From positions 59,026,001-59,090,000 of the forward strand of contig OZ076409.1 of the NCBI GenBank assembly GCA_964187785.1: a DNA stretch of 64,000 bases, given 5' to 3'. Of the stretch, positions 60,721 through 64,000 are shown piece after piece. A model generated the notes under the pieces. It was not told the DNA's origin, made no database searches, and saw only the letters and a list, made by a program, of their open reading frames with translations. The position numbers were made by a program, and so were the translations under genes. Source of the stretch: Amphiscolops sp. MND2022 (lineage: Eukaryota). Numbering within the stretch: position 1 is the stretch's first letter; every line of letters begins with the position of its first letter.

Positions 60721-61934
60721 TGATCAGTTTACATTTTTTTACACTTTTCTGTGTCTAAAATTTCCATAATAGGCTTTCGTCCGAGTTCAAGACGTGCCCT
60801 GATATTTAGAACTTTCGCAAGAACATAGCTTCTTCTGCATTAGAACCAATTCTGGATGGAAAATGAAGAAAAAGGCCTCAATCACTTTTTGTGTCACAGT
60901 GACTAGAAACATAAAACGAGAGACAAGAAGGATAATTCTGTACGTGAAAAAAGGGGAAACAAGACGTCAAAAACGTGCAAAAAATTCAACACTTGTTGCC
61001 TCACTTTAGGAATTTCTCATGAAACAGTTTCATACTTCTCCATTTGAAAGTTTATATAATTCTATGCGGAGAAATCTGGAGCTAACATACGTTAAGAAAT
61101 CGATTGTATTGACTTTTTCTGTTTTTTGTTCTACGCGGAAAACTGCAAACAGTTTTTCCGAAATGCGTACTGCATTTGGTAGTTATTTTTTGGAGCTTAA
61201 TGAAAAACAAATTTTAAACAAAAAGGTCAAAAAAGAATTATACGATTTCGATGAAATTTTCTGTCATTTTGCAATTTCAGTTTTGCAGTAGTGCAATTGC
61301 TTTTCGAAACCCGTACTGATTGCTACATGTTTCGATCCTGAGCCTATGCATTTTTTATTTAGGAAAACAATGGCAATTTTGAGAGTATTTGGGGAAGATA
61401 ATTGAGAAACTTCGGATTCTTCGACGCTTTTGTTCTCATCCCATTTTCTTTCCGAAGTAGTGTTTTGATCAACATACTTTTTCAACGTTCTCATGCCATG
61501 TTCAAAACTCCTGAATTGAATAAAAAACTGACACTAAGTAGTCAAGAAACAAACTTTTTTGTCTTTTTGTGTTTTTGGGGTGTCTTTGGGGCCTGATTTC
61601 TCAATAAGATGTAGTTATTACTTCGGAAACGACTACTGCATATCGGACATAGTCTTTGTTGAGTGCTTCGACCACTTTATGCCACGCAATTGCTCAAAAG
61701 GTTCATTAAAAAACGCAATAAAACCTCAAAAACTCAAATTTCTTCTATGATTTGGGTCATTTTGAGGTATTTTTCTTCAGTAAACTTCTCGTTCAAAAAA
61801 ATGTCACTGTCCCGGTCTTTCGAAAGCTATTTACTCACCAACTCTTCAATTTTCGAATGAAAAATTCCTAAAATTATAAAAATTTGGAACTTCTTGATAA
61901 TTTTATTAAGTTGATGTATTTCAGAAACACATGT

Positions 61935-63456
61935 TGTCGCATCCATCAAGATGCGATGGTTCCGTGGTGCAGCTTTGAAGAGGAACAGATGATAGACTCA
62001 TTTCAACAAACTCTCTAAAACTCTGCTGAACCCGTTTTATATGATGTCTTAAAACTCAATGTTTTTTAGTCTCGAAAGTCATGTAAATATGATATTTATA
62101 ATATGGTTGTTGTGAATAGACCTTCATCATAGTGCTAACATACCTTCATTGCTTCACTGAGGACCCTTGTTTTAATAGTACAATGAGTTATCTCATTGTC
62201 TAATCATATATTCTAAAGGTCCTGATGCGTCTAAATTCGTAATCAGATAGTAATCTACTTCTTAGCAAGTACAATTATGCGGTACTATGCGGATTGAAGT
62301 GTGACGTACACTCGTCATTATGCGTTTTTACTAGTATCATTATGCGGCATTATACGTTTCAAGGTGCAACGAGTATGCGGCATTATGCGCTTTTCATAAA
62401 AACTTTATACGGCATCCTGCGGAACTAGTAGTGACGCATACTCGTTACTATGCGGTTCTCGCAGGACTTGTTAAATAAACCCAGCACGTGTTATAATGTT
62501 ATCTAGAAGCCATTTCAAATACAAAAGAAGGCCATCTTAAGAGATTCCCAGGGTTCATTAGTTTCTTTCCCCAATCATACTTTTATGATGTCATGTAGAT
62601 GTGCTATTTTTATAATATAACGTCATTGGACGTAATTCTATTTTTGTCCCGATTTCATACAATGACTCCCATAAAAAGGAGTGTCATGGTTTTTGGATTT
62701 TTGTTCTGAGTTTTCAATCAGAGAGATTCATTAAGATTCCAACCCTCATCAAGTGCAGTTAGTTTCTAAAACAACTGTAAAACTTTGATTTCGTCACTGT
62801 AAAACTTCATCTTTGCTCTTTTTTTTGGGATACAAGAATAATTCAAATTCTTTCCCAAAAGTTAGAAAACATTTTCACCTGAGATAACATGGGAAATAAA
62901 AGAAGCAGAAAGTCTAGAAGACTTGAGACACCGTCCCCAGACAGAGAAGTGGAGGTAACAGAAATAGAAACCCCTAAAACAGGTAATGAAGCTTTAATTG
63001 ATCTTAGTAATGTTGCCCAAGGAAATTTAGGTGAAAATAGCTCTGAAAACCAGTTAACCGAACCTAGTCAAATAAGCAAAGAGATGCAAGTTTGGACCCA
63101 AATCATGGAACAAAAGAACAAAGATAAGATTGAAATGATGAGAGAAGAAATGGAAAACAAACTTGAAGCGATTCTAAGGGAAATAAAGTCCAATAAAAGT
63201 GCATCTACAGTAACCAATCCTAGGTCGGATATAAACGAAATGCGAGAAAACCAACCTTCGGGATCCAAATTGAGTAAATCTATAGGAGTTCATGCATCTA
63301 ATAACGAAAACTCTGATTCCGAGAACGACGACTATCCTCTTAGAGCATCTAAAATGAAGGACTTGAAACATCCTGCTAAACCCTTCTTTGAAACTGAAAC
63401 AGACTTGGTCCAAATAACGCTTTCAAATGAAGGGTCTGAACAAGAGGATTATCACA
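61935..63456 (+). repeat. 5' LTR (1522 bp) of LTR element 3
   Basis: Starts TGTCGC..ATGCGA..TCCG..GTGCA and ends GATTATCACA, matching both termini of the TSD-defined solo LTR 38198-39861. Followed immediately by a PBS-like motif. Confidence 0.82.
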
Positions 63457-64000
63457 TGGTGACAGGAGCCAACCGACAACTCCATAGACAGAGCTCACAA
63501 AAGCTAAATGATACAATTGGATCCCATGCAGACCAAAATACAACGAACTCAATAACACAACCACTTGATCCAGTTAACCAAATTGCTCTTGCAATAGAGA
63601 AATTGGCCAACAAAAACTCTCTCCAATCACTTTTTCACCCCAAAAATACACTCACCTTCAATGGGAAAAATGAGAAAAACGAAATATCGAATATTTTGAG
63701 GACTTGTTCCATACAACATTACGAATGCAACCAAACTTAACAGAAGAAATGAAAATTAACCATTTCCACGCCCATCTGAGAGGTTTGGCACTTAAACCTT
63801 CAAAAACATACAAAGAACTCACACCACGACTTTGGAAGACATTTTAAAAGTCTTTCGCCGAAAGTATGTAAAACCAGAGTCCAGTGCATCTGCTAAACAT
63901 AGATTTCATAGACTCTTTTTCGATCCAGAAAACCAAAAACTTCCGGACTTCTCAGAAGAACTCCAAGAAAGTTCTGAAAAAGCGTTCGGGGACAATGCCC
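62889..64000 (+). pseudogene. LTR-initiated ORF fused to a gag-like protein of element 3 (frameshifted after ~63680; runs off the window)
   Basis: ORF 62889-63740, then shifted frames EYFEDLFHTTLRMQPNLTEEMKINHFHAHLRGLAL and TLEDILKVFRRKYVKPESSASAKHRF, which show a retrotransposon gag capsid-like pattern. Confidence 0.8.
63457..63468 (+). promoter_or_regulatory. Primer-binding site TGGTGACAGGAG (tRNA-Leu-like)
   Basis: Directly after the LTR CA; one mismatch to the tRNA-Leu-type PBS TGGTGTCAGGAG. Confidence 0.7.

Noticed and set aside
46461..64000. Final (C-tail) exon of the GPCR
   Set aside because: No phase-0 exon could be identified with confidence. C-tails lack motifs and the gap may hide it.

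Overview
AT-rich, repeat-dominated animal (invertebrate-like) genomic DNA with a 200-N assembly gap at 51363-51562. There are no prokaryotic operons or CRISPR arrays. The only well-supported host gene is a class A (rhodopsin-like) peptide GPCR on the + strand. Two of its exons are visible: TM6 at 23707-23830 and TM7/NPIIY at 46310-46460. They splice in frame across a ~22.5 kb intron packed with transposons. Mobile content: (i) a decayed ~11 kb Ty3/Gypsy element (minus strand, 1-11013) with a tandem protease-like region and a post-integrase remnant resembling a TARG1/Poa1p-type macrodomain; (ii) a complete 5985 bp Gypsy element with 177 bp LTRs and a WLDD RT motif, inserted together with a 1664 bp solo LTR into a TTAA-flanked piggyBac-like element, whose uninterrupted paralogous sequence also lies in this window; (iii) long LTRs starting TGTCGC that carry a protein-conserved ORF of ~180-190 codons, which reads through the LTR end and PBS into gag; (iv) a decayed L2/CR1-group LINE, several Helentron/DINE-1-like non-autonomous elements, MITEs and a foldback element, local duplications with templated junctions, a tRNA-derived fragment and a (CCT)n tract. 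All domain calls come from reading motifs by eye; no database searches were run.
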